Below, one piece after another: positions 1 to 9,890 of a DNA stretch of 35,533 nt. Position 1 is the first letter of the stretch; each line of letters begins with the position of its first letter. The notes below the pieces were generated by a model that was given only the letters and a program-made list of their open reading frames with translations, was not told where the DNA came from and made no database searches. This DNA comes from Ignavibacteriaceae bacterium (GTDB lineage Bacteria > Bacteroidota > Ignavibacteria > Ignavibacteriales > Ignavibacteriaceae). Both the position numbers and the translations under genes were made by a program. The stretch is taken from the NCBI GenBank assembly GCA_035260565.1, contig DATFVA010000454.1, positions 1 to 35,533 on the forward strand. Reading direction: 5' to 3'.

Positions 1-135
1 TTCCTGCCATTACATATAATTTTATTTGGAAGGTAAATGATTGGATTTATGTAATAATTACGGATAAGTTCTTGTTTATTTAAGCTTACAATGATATTTA
101 TTATCTTTACAGGTCAGTAAAAAATTCAGGATTTT

Positions 136-2721
136 ATGAAATCAGGTGAAATAAGACAGCAGTTTTTAGATTTTTTCAAAGAAAATGACCATCGGATTGT
201 TCCAAGTGCTCCGGTGGTGCCTTTTGATGATCCGACACTGCTATTTACCAATGCCGGGATGAACCAGTTTAAGGATGTGTTCCTGGGAAAAGGCAAACGG
301 GATTACAGTCGTGCGGCAGACACTCAGAAATGTATCCGTGTAAGCGGAAAGCACAATGATCTTGAAGAGGTCGGCAACGATACTTACCATCATACCTTTT
401 TTGAAATGCTCGGCAACTGGTCATTTGGTGATTATTATAAGACTGAAGCTATCAGCTGGGCCTGGCAGCTTCTCACTGATGTCTGGAAACTACCGAAGGA
501 AAGGTTGTGGGCTACAGTTTACCGAACTGATGATGAAGCATATGATTTATGGAAAACGAACACAGATATAAATCCTGCACATATTCTGAAATTTGATGAG
601 AAGGATAACTTCTGGGAAATGGGAGAAACAGGTCCCTGCGGTCCCTGTTCAGAGATCCATATAAACCTTGGTGATGATTTTAATAATCCTGCATATGTGA
701 ATGCAGGAACTTCCGAATGCATAGAGATATGGAATCTTGTATTTATCCAGTATGATCGTGATGCAAATGGGATTCTTCATGATCTTCCGTCTAAACATAT
801 CGATACTGGTATGGGTTTCGAAAGAGTCTGCGCTGTGCTGCAGAAGAAGAATTCAAATTACGATACCGATATTTTTATGCCCATCATAAATAAGATTTCC
901 GATATGTCGGGAATTAAATACCATAAAGAGGAAGATAAAATCCCGATGCGTGTGATTGCCGATCATATCCGCGCGTTAACCTTTGCTATAGCCGACGGTG
1001 CAGTCCCCGGCAATGAAGGACGGGGCTATGTATTAAGAAGAATACTCAGACGTGCTTCCCGCTATGGCAGGAAAATCAGCCTGCATAAACCTTTTTTATT
1101 CGGGCTGGTTGATGTCCTGGCAGATAATATGGGTGAAGTTTTCCCGGAATTAAGGGAAAAGAAACCGTACATAAAGAAGGTGATCAAAGCCGAAGAGGAA
1201 AGTTTTAATGTTACTCTTGACAGGGGAATTGAATTATTTGATGAGCTTATAACAGGATTAAAAAAAGACAAGCTTAACATCATTCCCGGTGAGGATGTTT
1301 TTAAGCTGTATGATACATACGGCTTTCCCATAGATCTTACGAATATTATGGCAAAGGAAAACGGGTTTACAATCGATGAGAAAGGTTTTAACGGACTGAT
1401 GAAACTGCAGCAGCAGAGGGGAAGAGAGTCATCAAGAGATAAATTTGCTTCCGTTAATATATCAACCGATGATTTGAAATCATTTGAAATGATTGAACCT
1501 GTGAATTCAGAATTTACAGGATATGATGAACTTGAGACAAAAGGGAAAATAGCCGGCTACAAAAAAGAAGATGGTAATGAGCTCGTTATACTGACAAGGA
1601 CACCGTTTTATGTAGAAGCAGGCGGACAAATTGATGATCTGGGAAATTTAGTAGCACAGGGGCGGGTTTTTCCTGTAACCGATGTGACAAAAGTTGATAA
1701 TAAAACAATTCACGTCGTTGATACAGGTAATGAAGATATTATTATTCCCGGCATCGAAGTAATTGCCAGAGTCGATGAAAAAAGAAGATGGGACATCATG
1801 CGGAACCATTCTGCAACACACTTCATGCACGCAGCATTAAGAAAAATATTAGGCACTCATGTTCACCAGGCAGGCTCTTATGTCGGACCCGACCGTCTTC
1901 GTTTTGACTTTACACATTTTTCAAAATTATCAGAAACCGAGATAAAAGAAATAGAAACGATGGTAAATGAACAGCTGAGGAGGAATATACCCCTTCAGCA
2001 CCACAGGAATATTCCTTTTGATCAGGCAAAAAAAATGGGCGCATTGATGTTCTTTGGCGATAAATATGGGGATAAGGTTAACGTTGTGCAGTTCGGCGAT
2101 TTCAGTATGGAATTCTGTGGAGGAACCCATGTCAGGAATTCATCAGAAATAGGTTTGTTTAAAATAATCAGTGAATCTTCTATTGCCAGCGGAGTAAGAA
2201 GGATAGAAGCAGTTACAGGTGCCGGAGTGGAAGATTACATCAGTTCTCAGTTTATTAAGATCAGGGAATCGGAAGAGAAGATTGCTTCTCTGCAGGATGA
2301 GAAAAAAAGACTTGATAAAGATCTTTCTGAATTGAAACTAAAGGAAAAACTTGGACAGGTTGAGAGCATAATTAAAAATCCTGTTAAGCTGGATAATATA
2401 AGTATTTATAAGGGGGAGGTCGATGCTGAAAATATGGATGAATTAAAATCTTTCGGTGATGAACTAAGGAATAAAACGAAGGAATCAGTAGGTGTTCTTA
2501 TTTCACGCTTTGAAGATAAGGTGGGGATTGTGTGTGTTGTAAATGATGAACTGCTTAGAAACACCAGGCTGAATGCGGGTAAAATAGTAGGGTCACTCGC
2601 CAAAATAGTGGGAGGCGGCGGCGGCGGAAAACCCCATCTTGCAACGGCAGGAGGAAAAGATATTTCAAAAATCCCTGATGCTTTAAAAGAAATAGAAAAC
2701 ACCATTCAGAGCTTTTTATAA
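136..2721 (+). CDS. alaS: Alanine--tRNA ligase (full length, with editing and C-terminal domains)
   Basis: 861-aa ORF. It has the catalytic-core motifs FLDFFKENDHRIVPSAPVV, DPTLLFTNAGMNQFKD and FFEMLGNWSFGDYYK. The editing-domain zinc motif HSATHFMH ... CGGTHV and the C-terminal GGGGGKPHLATAGG are present. Confidence 0.97.
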   Translation: MKSGEIRQQFLDFFKENDHRIVPSAPVVPFDDPTLLFTNAGMNQFKDVFLGKGKRDYSRAADTQKCIRVSGKHNDLEEVGNDTYHHTFFEMLGNWSFGDYYKTEAISWAWQLLTDVWKLPKERLWATVYRTDDEAYDLWKTNTDINPAHILKFDEKDNFWEMGETGPCGPCSEIHINLGDDFNNPAYVNAGTSECIEIWNLVFIQYDRDANGILHDLPSKHIDTGMGFERVCAVLQKKNSNYDTDIFMPIINKISDMSGIKYHKEEDKIPMRVIADHIRALTFAIADGAVPGNEGRGYVLRRILRRASRYGRKISLHKPFLFGLVDVLADNMGEVFPELREKKPYIKKVIKAEEESFNVTLDRGIELFDELITGLKKDKLNIIPGEDVFKLYDTYGFPIDLTNIMAKENGFTIDEKGFNGLMKLQQQRGRESSRDKFASVNISTDDLKSFEMIEPVNSEFTGYDELETKGKIAGYKKEDGNELVILTRTPFYVEAGGQIDDLGNLVAQGRVFPVTDVTKVDNKTIHVVDTGNEDIIIPGIEVIARVDEKRRWDIMRNHSATHFMHAALRKILGTHVHQAGSYVGPDRLRFDFTHFSKLSETEIKEIETMVNEQLRRNIPLQHHRNIPFDQAKKMGALMFFGDKYGDKVNVVQFGDFSMEFCGGTHVRNSSEIGLFKIISESSIASGVRRIEAVTGAGVEDYISSQFIKIRESEEKIASLQDEKKRLDKDLSELKLKEKLGQVESIIKNPVKLDNISIYKGEVDAENMDELKSFGDELRNKTKESVGVLISRFEDKVGIVCVVNDELLRNTRLNAGKIVGSLAKIVGGGGGGKPHLATAGGKDISKIPDALKEIENTIQSFL

Positions 2722-2740
2722 CCAATTATATGCAGCCTTA

Positions 2741-4093
2741 ATGAAAACTAAACCAAGGATTAAATACGTCTGTTCAAATTGCGGATATGAATCTCTGCGC
2801 TGGCTTGGAAAGTGTCCTGAATGTGAGGAATGGAACTCATTTACAGAAGAAATTTTAGAAAATAATCCGCGCAAAGCCTCACGTGTTGTTCAGAAGGTGA
2901 CCGTTTCTAAAATAAGTGAGATCCCGGCAAAAGAAGATGAAAGGATCAAAACCGGTATTGTTGAATTTGACAGGGTTTTAGGGGGAGGACTTATGCCAGG
3001 TTCGGTAATTCTATTAGGGGGCGATCCTGGTATTGGAAAATCAACCTTGGCAATGCAGGCCGCATCCCGGATAAATGATAGAGTCCTCTACGTAACGGGA
3101 GAAGAGTCCGCCAAACAAATTAAACTGCGCGCTGATCGTTTAAAAATAGGATCAGATAACTTCTATATATTACCGGAAACCGATATAAATATAATAATTG
3201 CTGCAATAAGCAGTACCAAACCGGCTGTAATAATCATCGATTCAATTCAGACAATGTATAGAAGCGAATTCGACAATTCTCCCGGAACAGTTACCCAGAT
3301 AAGAGAATCAACAGCACTTCTGATGGATGAGGCAAAAAGAAATCATTATTGTGTGATAATCATAGGTCACGTTACAAAGGAAGGGTTTATCGCCGGACCT
3401 AAAGTTCTTGAACATATTGTTGATGCGGTAATCCAGTTTGAGGGAGAATCACACCATGCATTCCGGATTCTCAGGGCACAAAAGAACAGATTTGGCAGCA
3501 CAAATGAAATAGGCATATTTGAAATGCATGAAGAAGGACTTGTAGAGGTAAAAAATCCAAGCGAGCTTTTCCTGAGTGAAAGAGGCACCAAAATTTCAGG
3601 ATCAATTGTAACGGCGAGCGTTGAAGGAACCCGTCCTCTATTACTGGAAGTCCAGGCACTTGTTACACCATCAAACTATGGAAATCCCCAGAGAGTAGCT
3701 ACAGGTTTCGATTACAGGAGATTATCAATCCTTCTGGCAGTACTTGAAAAAAGAGGTGGTTACAGGCTTAGTGCAAATAATGTATTTTTAAATATGGCCG
3801 GGGGGGTAAAAATTGAAGAACCGGCAGTTGACCTGGCTGTATGCTGCAGTATTGCTTCCAGCCTGCTTGATAAACCAGCGGATAATGGGATAGTCGTGAT
3901 CGGCGAGGTTGGACTTGGAGGAGAAATACGGAGTGTGGGAAATATTGAAAAAAGAATAGCAGAAGCAGAAAAGCTTGGATTTCAAAAAATTATTATTCCA
4001 GCTAACAACCAGAAAACGTTAAAATCAAAACATTCAGCTAAAATCCTGCCTGTAAGTTCACTTTCTGAGGCTATTTCCGGAATTTTCGAATAA
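2741..4093 (+). CDS. radA: DNA repair protein RadA/Sms
   Basis: 450-aa ORF starting 19 nt after alaS. It has an N-terminal C4 zinc finger (CSNCGYES...CPECEEW), Walker A GDPGIGKST, the RadA motif KNRFG and a Lon-protease-like C-terminal domain. Confidence 0.95.
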   Translation: MKTKPRIKYVCSNCGYESLRWLGKCPECEEWNSFTEEILENNPRKASRVVQKVTVSKISEIPAKEDERIKTGIVEFDRVLGGGLMPGSVILLGGDPGIGKSTLAMQAASRINDRVLYVTGEESAKQIKLRADRLKIGSDNFYILPETDINIIIAAISSTKPAVIIIDSIQTMYRSEFDNSPGTVTQIRESTALLMDEAKRNHYCVIIIGHVTKEGFIAGPKVLEHIVDAVIQFEGESHHAFRILRAQKNRFGSTNEIGIFEMHEEGLVEVKNPSELFLSERGTKISGSIVTASVEGTRPLLLEVQALVTPSNYGNPQRVATGFDYRRLSILLAVLEKRGGYRLSANNVFLNMAGGVKIEEPAVDLAVCCSIASSLLDKPADNGIVVIGEVGLGGEIRSVGNIEKRIAEAEKLGFQKIIIPANNQKTLKSKHSAKILPVSSLSEAISGIFE

Positions 4094-4204
4094 TTATAAA
4101 TTTGATAAAAGTCACACTTTGTTTATCTGCATTAATTTTTGACCTTTCCAATTTGTAATAAATAAAAATTTCTTTGTTTTTTTATTTTATAATGGTATTT
4201 TTCA

Positions 4205-4235
4205 TCACGGTCTAAACCCCGTGGTTATTTTTTTT
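4205..4235 (+). terminator. Terminator-like hairpin plus U-tract (radA terminator and/or leader attenuator of the downstream RRM gene)
   Basis: The stem tcacgg (4205-4210) pairs with ccgtgg (4219-4224) across an 8-nt loop and is followed by ttatttttttt. The stem is short (5 GC/AU pairs plus one G-U), so strength is modest. Confidence 0.4.
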
Positions 4236-4258
4236 AATTATTTTTCAGAGGTAAGTTA

Positions 4259-4510
4259 GTGAGTACTAAGCTTTTTGTTGGATCACTCCCCTGGTCGGTT
4301 AATGATGATTCTCTCCGCGAAGCGTTTGAGCCGCATGGCACAGTAGTTTCTGCAAAGGTCATCACTGATCGTCAGACCGGCAGATCCAGAGGTTTCGGAT
4401 TCGTTGAAATGTCAGATGAAGCCGAAGCAAATGCTGCAATTACTGCACTGAATGGTTCAGAACTTAGCGGCCGCAGCATTATTGTCAGTGAAGCAAAACC
4501 AAAGAGTTAA
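4259..4510 (+). CDS. RRM-type (RNP-1/RNP-2) single-domain RNA-binding protein
   Basis: 83-aa ORF with RNP-2 LFVGSL and RNP-1 RGFGFVEM. It uses a GTG start, with the SD-like agaggt 6 nt upstream. The CDS is visibly more GC-rich than its flanks. Confidence 0.9.
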   Translation: MSTKLFVGSLPWSVNDDSLREAFEPHGTVVSAKVITDRQTGRSRGFGFVEMSDEAEANAAITALNGSELSGRSIIVSEAKPKS

Positions 4511-4536
4511 GTTCAGGTTTGGCTTTCTGTTTTTAG

Positions 4537-4565
4537 GCGCTCTTTTTGCAGAGCGCTTTTTTATT
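4537..4565 (+). terminator. Rho-independent terminator of the RRM gene
   Basis: The stem gcgctct (4537-4543) pairs with agagcgc (4550-4556) across a 6-nt loop and is followed by ttttttatttt. Confidence 0.75.
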
Positions 4566-4575
4566 TTAAATTTTC

Positions 4576-6981
4576 CTAAAACAGGACAGAATTTATACCT
4601 ATTCTGAAATTGTTTTCTCCGAAGTAATTTAGTTTCCAGGCAAATTCAATGCGGAAGGGTATGAGAACCTGCGAGAGCCCGAACCCTGTCTCGTAAAAAG
4701 GATGTGGGAAAGTCCTTACATGTACAGGCAGGTAAGTTGTCGTCTCACTTCCGATGTCACTATAGGCCGCATTCAAAAATACGTTTAATTGAATCTCCCA
4801 ATCCATCAATCCGGGAATTTTCAATGTTCTGAAGATTAAATCCTGGAAATTATGCTCAAGGTTTACGGTTAACAGCCTGCTGCCGAATATTTCATTGACA
4901 TTCAACGTCCTGAATGAGAAACTCTGGAAAAGTACATCAATGTTTCCCGGCAAGGCATATAATGATTGGTAGTGAAGGCTTCCACGGTTGTACATTCCCA
5001 TTACTTTGTAACCCAGCTGTTGGGAACTGAAGGTATTTATTGAACCGCTGGCACTTATTTGATATGTGGTGTAGTTAAGCCCGCTCTTCAAAAATTTTTT
5101 ATCTGACAATTCTACATCGCCACCTATAATTATATATGATTTTCCCTCCGAAATCCTTCTCCTGAAATATCCATCCTCTATATAGTTCCTGAAATCTAAT
5201 CGGAACCCGGCTGTTAATGCATTTACATGGGAATCATATACGACCTGGTTAGGGGGATAGTTCCTGCCACGGTTAAGGAAAGAAAACTCACTTCTGGTAA
5301 TAGCGCTATGATCAGTATGATTCTTAAATCCGGTACTTAAAGTGAGTACAGGGAAGACTTCGCCGGAAAGTTTTAAATTAAAGCCTTTTGTGTAATAGTA
5401 ATTCCTGAATTCATATTTTGTAATTAAAGCCAGTAAAGAAGGGATCAGATCACCATACTCATCAGATTCACCGAATAGTATATTCAATTTATTATAAACG
5501 TCAAATTTGATCGAATATGTCCTGTAATCGCCTGGCATATATTCAAGAACCAGATTTTGTTTAACTCTTTTATCTGAAAATCCGTATGAAAAATGCATTT
5601 CACCATTAAATCTTTTATTTAAAGCATCTTCCAGGAAAAGACCGAAATCAAGTGTATTACCTTCAACCCGGTTGAAATGATACATTCCAAGAGGGGCACT
5701 TACCGCAAAGTGATTATTTAAATAAATCCGGGATGAGAGGAATGAAAATCTATCCCAGAATGTCACGGGGATCCTCTCCAGACTGTCTATCCTTGTATAA
5801 GCTTTTTCTTCTTCAGGAGTATTTGGAATAACCTGGATTGAATTCCAGTAAGAAGAATCCCTTTCATCAGCTGATGGGACAACTTTTATAATTGCCATAT
5901 CGAAAAAATCATTTTTTATGTCAGGATTTATTTTATAGTCATATAAGATTGTTGAAAGTTCAAACCCGAAACGGGCAAGGTTAAGGTAATTTGCTGTAAC
6001 ATATAACCGGTAATCCACCGGCATAACAATAGAATCTGCAAAATCTGAAAATTGCTGAAATATTGAAACGGTATCGAAAATTCCTCCTGTATTGGCAGCC
6101 CTGTTAAGTTCAAGATCGACTTTGATTAAATCATAGTTGTTCTCGGTAATATATATATTTCCTTCAAAACCAGGATCATGCTCATCATCGGGAGCCATAT
6201 GTATTTCATATACAGTCGTATTATTTATCGCCAGGGTTCTTACTATGAAATAGTAATAATAACTGATCGCATCATCAGCAAGAGGTCCGGGCAGGTCTTC
6301 ACCAAGAAAATTCACAGTCTCATTATAAAAATTCTGAATCGATCGGCCGCCCGTCAGTACATTGATTGATGAAGGAAGGTTTGCAGTCTGTTTTCTTGCA
6401 AGGATAAGTTCTTTGTACTTGTCCGGTTTTTTATAAAAACCCTCACTCTGGTTTTCTATTATAGCTGAGATCTTTAAAGGGATGGTGTCATTTCCTCCAA
6501 TGTTTATTCCGATACTGCTATTGCCGGCGTTTATATCTCCCGGTGTTTTGATAATGCCCTTCGTGTAAGCCTTAAATTCATAGCTATTCAATAATTTGCT
6601 GCGTTCTTTTTTTCTTAAGATCGCTTTCCTTATTATTTCCAGGGCAGGATTTTCCCCGGGCAGGATAGTTATTTCCGGAAGATTAATATTCGTCTTTTTT
6701 AATATGAAGTTAACCTCAATCCCAATCCTGGCAGGATTTATTTCAATTGTGTCTGAAACATAACCTATGTACGAGGCAATAAGTTTATACTCTCCCGGAT
6801 TCAGCTTTAATTCATATTTCCCCTCCCTGTTTGCTGACGTACCAAGTGTAGTGCTGCTGACCCTGACATTAGCAAAGGGCAGCGGATTTTTCGATTCGTC
6901 TGTTATCGTTCCCGTAATAAGGATCTGCTGCGCTCCCGCTGAAATGTAAAACAGGCAGAATAAAATGAATAATGCTCTCAT
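4576..6981 (-). CDS. CarboxypepD_reg-like domain plus large beta-rich outer-membrane domain protein (DUF5686-like)
   Basis: 801-aa ORF with a signal peptide (MRALFILFCLFYISAGAQQ). The N-terminal ITGTITDESKNPLPFANVRV carboxypeptidase-regulatory-like fold is followed by a long aromatic/alternating beta-strand region ending in a C-terminal Phe (GINSVLF). The family name is from memory. Confidence 0.7.
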   Translation of the reverse strand: MRALFILFCLFYISAGAQQILITGTITDESKNPLPFANVRVSSTTLGTSANREGKYELKLNPGEYKLIASYIGYVSDTIEINPARIGIEVNFILKKTNINLPEITILPGENPALEIIRKAILRKKERSKLLNSYEFKAYTKGIIKTPGDINAGNSSIGINIGGNDTIPLKISAIIENQSEGFYKKPDKYKELILARKQTANLPSSINVLTGGRSIQNFYNETVNFLGEDLPGPLADDAISYYYYFIVRTLAINNTTVYEIHMAPDDEHDPGFEGNIYITENNYDLIKVDLELNRAANTGGIFDTVSIFQQFSDFADSIVMPVDYRLYVTANYLNLARFGFELSTILYDYKINPDIKNDFFDMAIIKVVPSADERDSSYWNSIQVIPNTPEEEKAYTRIDSLERIPVTFWDRFSFLSSRIYLNNHFAVSAPLGMYHFNRVEGNTLDFGLFLEDALNKRFNGEMHFSYGFSDKRVKQNLVLEYMPGDYRTYSIKFDVYNKLNILFGESDEYGDLIPSLLALITKYEFRNYYYTKGFNLKLSGEVFPVLTLSTGFKNHTDHSAITRSEFSFLNRGRNYPPNQVVYDSHVNALTAGFRLDFRNYIEDGYFRRRISEGKSYIIIGGDVELSDKKFLKSGLNYTTYQISASGSINTFSSQQLGYKVMGMYNRGSLHYQSLYALPGNIDVLFQSFSFRTLNVNEIFGSRLLTVNLEHNFQDLIFRTLKIPGLMDWEIQLNVFLNAAYSDIGSETTTYLPVHVRTFPHPFYETGFGLSQVLIPFRIEFAWKLNYFGENNFRIGINSVLF

Positions 6982-7034
6982 TAAATGATTTTAGGTTTAT
7001 TTGAGGTAAATTAAGTTTCAAATATCGGTAAATA

Positions 7035-8390
7035 ATGAATAATACAATAGGAATATTAAGAGAAGGAATTAACAAAAAAGGTGAGAAGAGAGTTGCATTA
7101 ACTCCGGCTTACGCCGCTGGTATTGTACATAAGGGGCATAGACTAATTGTACAGCCTGCGGAAAATCCCGACTCTGGTGAAATAAAACGGGCATTTAAAG
7201 ATGAGGATTATGCAGCCATAGGAGCAGAAATTAATGAAGATCTTAGGGCAGCAGATGTAATATTTGGACTAAAGGAAATTCCTGTTAAAAGAATACTCCC
7301 TGAAAAAACATATCTTTTGTTTTCGCATACGTACAAAGGACAATTAAAAAACCGTGAAATGCTTAAAGCGTTTATTAATTTGCGTACGAACATTATTGAT
7401 TACGAGTTGATAAGGGACGAAAATAATCAGCGTCTGATCACTGCATTTACTTATAATGCCGGTTATGCGGGGATGGTTGATTCGCTTTGGTCATTAGGCC
7501 AAAGGCTCAGCCTCAAGCGAATCCAAAATCCTTTTGTTAAAATTCCCCAGGCTATAGATGGAGAAGATCTTCAGGCAATTAAAGACCTGGTAGCTGAAGC
7601 AGGGAAAAATATATCGGTTATGGGTACTCCTGAAGAAATCCCCCCTGTAATTACCTGCTTCCTCGGCAAGGGAAAAACAAGTTTTGCTGCTCAGCAAATT
7701 TACGACCTGCTTCCCGTCATCGAAATTACACCGGATAGGATTGAAGAAGTTTTTAATGCCGGTTCAAGGAAACACGTATATAAACTTGTTCTTAATATTA
7801 ATGATATGTACAGGTTAAAAGCAGGTGAAGGCATCGATATGGAAGCTTATGCCAAAATGACAAAAAAACAAAAACGTCAGCACTACCTTGTTAACCCCGA
7901 ATTCTATGAGTCCAATCTGGATAAAGTATTACCATATCTTACCCTGCTGATGAATTGTATAATATGGGAACCCAGGTATCCGCATGCTGTTCCCAACAGC
8001 CTGATGAAAGATGTTTACAAAAAGAGTAAAACATTAATGGTTATAGGAGATATTACATGCGATCCGAATGGATCTATTGAATTTTCGAGGGAAACCTGGA
8101 TTGATGATCCTGTTTTTATATACAATCCGTTTAGTGAAACTATCAGGATGGGATTTGAAGGTGATGGGGTGGCTGTTATGGCAGTCACCAACCTGCCCTG
8201 TGAATTCTCTGCAGATGCTTCGAGACAGTTCAGCAGCGATTTATCCGGTTATATTGATTCAATTATTTCGGCCGATTACAGGGGCAGTATTCAGGATTCC
8301 AGTTTGCCCGCCGCTGTAAAAAGAGCTGTTATTATCTGGAAAGGCAGCTTTACTGATGATTACTTTTATATGAAAAACTATATCATTTAA
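7035..8390 (+). CDS. Lysine-ketoglutarate reductase-like protein (LKR/LOR half of eukaryotic bifunctional AASS; AlaDH/PNT fold)
   Basis: 451-aa ORF, colinear with the LKR half of AASS as I remember it. Matching motifs are GILREGINKKGEKRVALTP, TYLLFSHTYKGQ, IDYELIRD, IGDITCDPNGSIEF and TNLPCEF. Confidence 0.8.
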   Translation: MNNTIGILREGINKKGEKRVALTPAYAAGIVHKGHRLIVQPAENPDSGEIKRAFKDEDYAAIGAEINEDLRAADVIFGLKEIPVKRILPEKTYLLFSHTYKGQLKNREMLKAFINLRTNIIDYELIRDENNQRLITAFTYNAGYAGMVDSLWSLGQRLSLKRIQNPFVKIPQAIDGEDLQAIKDLVAEAGKNISVMGTPEEIPPVITCFLGKGKTSFAAQQIYDLLPVIEITPDRIEEVFNAGSRKHVYKLVLNINDMYRLKAGEGIDMEAYAKMTKKQKRQHYLVNPEFYESNLDKVLPYLTLLMNCIIWEPRYPHAVPNSLMKDVYKKSKTLMVIGDITCDPNGSIEFSRETWIDDPVFIYNPFSETIRMGFEGDGVAVMAVTNLPCEFSADASRQFSSDLSGYIDSIISADYRGSIQDSSLPAAVKRAVIIWKGSFTDDYFYMKNYII

Positions 8391-9724
8391 TTCAGGAATT
8401 TCTTTGTTTCTCTAAATGTGATTCCGAATGATTCCAGTTCTTTTAAAACAGGTGAGTAGATGTCTTTATAAATTGGAATTATAACTCCTGTTTCCGTAAT
8501 CATTCTTTTCGATATTAACTTTGCAGCAATCCCTACCGGCAGGCCTCCTGTGTTAGTCATCGCTGTATTCAATTTATCCTGTCCTTTATATACCATCGTC
8601 GATATAATTTTCTTTCTGCCGGATTCTGTCTTATATCCAATCTCTGTTTGAAGCACTACCATATCCCGGTCATCTTCTTTAAACTCCCATTTATCCATTA
8701 GTAATTTCAAAAGGATCTTCGCCGAAGTTGCCCCGGAAAAGTTTATTTTTCTATCACTAAATAGTTCAAGCCAGTTGAGCTTTTGAAAAATATCGCTATC
8801 TTTTTTTACTCCCAGATAATCAGCAACTTCCAGTGAAACGGCTTGTCCGTTAGAATACGGGAGTGATGATTTTACCCATTCAGTTAGAGTCAGATTATCA
8901 GAATCCTTAACGATCTTCTGGTTATCTGTTAAGCCTAATTTTACGAGAGCATCCCAGGCTTCACAGTATCCGGGCCTCCTTAAAGTTCCACGATAGAAAT
9001 CTTCCACACCCTCCAAATTATATTTTGCAATGTATGTTACTGAATCCCTGTTGGGGTATGCTTCAAACGCGCCTAATCCCGGGACCTCTATATTCAAAAT
9101 ATTTAAGAAGAGCTTTTTATAAGGTATTTCTTTTATTTCTGATTTTTCTTTATATCGTGCATTTCCCTGTCCTGCAAGGACAACATTCATCGGACTCCAT
9201 GTGAATTTGTAATTCCAGGGATTATTATCTGATTCAGGAGCTACCAATGCTCCGCAGAAGGATTTTAATGAGATGATTTTTCCCCCTTCTCTTTCAACCT
9301 TCTCTTTCAGCTGCATTGCATCCATATGATCGATACCCGGATCCAGTCCCATTTCATTCAAAAATAATAAACCGTTTTTCTTCACATCTTTGTCAAGTTT
9401 CATCATTTCCGGAGAAACATAGGAGGCTGTGATCATATGTGTTTTCTGTTTAAGACATTCTTCTGCTATCAATAGATGCATTGAGGGGGGCAGAAAAGAA
9501 ATCACGATATCGGCTTTTGATATTTCAGCTGCCCTCTGCTGGTCATCCAATGCATCAAATTGTACTGCACTGCCCGTCGAGTAAGTTCCTGTCTTTTGTT
9601 TAGCAAGCTGATAATCGAAATCACCTACTCTTACATTCCAGTTTTGTTCTGCTGCATTCTTTAATAAATATTCAATAAGGGCCGTTGCTGTTCTGCCGGC
9701 ACCGATTACAAAAATATTTTTCAT
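8387..9724 (-). CDS. Saccharopine dehydrogenase (SDH half of AASS-like pathway)
   Basis: I chose the internal Met giving an N-terminal Rossmann MKNIFVIGAGRTA; the ORF track starts 16 codons earlier at 9772. Motifs are GLDPGIDHMDAM, SDNNPWNYKFTWSP, EAYPNRDS and YRGTLRRPGY. Confidence 0.85.
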   Translation of the reverse strand: MKNIFVIGAGRTATALIEYLLKNAAEQNWNVRVGDFDYQLAKQKTGTYSTGSAVQFDALDDQQRAAEISKADIVISFLPPSMHLLIAEECLKQKTHMITASYVSPEMMKLDKDVKKNGLLFLNEMGLDPGIDHMDAMQLKEKVEREGGKIISLKSFCGALVAPESDNNPWNYKFTWSPMNVVLAGQGNARYKEKSEIKEIPYKKLFLNILNIEVPGLGAFEAYPNRDSVTYIAKYNLEGVEDFYRGTLRRPGYCEAWDALVKLGLTDNQKIVKDSDNLTLTEWVKSSLPYSNGQAVSLEVADYLGVKKDSDIFQKLNWLELFSDRKINFSGATSAKILLKLLMDKWEFKEDDRDMVVLQTEIGYKTESGRKKIISTMVYKGQDKLNTAMTNTGGLPVGIAAKLISKRMITETGVIIPIYKDIYSPVLKELESFGITFRETKKFLN

Positions 9725-9890
9725 TATTCGACTAAATTGATTTAATTGATCTTCAAACCTAAGACTTTGCAAAATAAATTACCAAATCACATACCTGCTG
9801 GATAACCCATTTTGATATTTAATTATCTGTATAATAATCCTATTTTAAATGTTCTATGATTACAAAACTATTGGTTATAAAGGACATATT

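Noticed and set aside
2611-2628. GGC trinucleotide repeat (ggaggcggcggcggcgga) inside alaS.
   Set aside because: It encodes the conserved C-terminal GGGGG(K) motif of AlaRS. It is not a hypervariable or regulatory repeat.
4209-4217. Shared gtctaaa loop sequence in two hairpins downstream of plus-strand genes (4205-4224 and 19237-19253).
   Set aside because: A 7-mer is expected several times by chance in 35 kb on two strands. The stems differ and one is only 4 bp. This is insufficient to call a motif without a genome-wide count.
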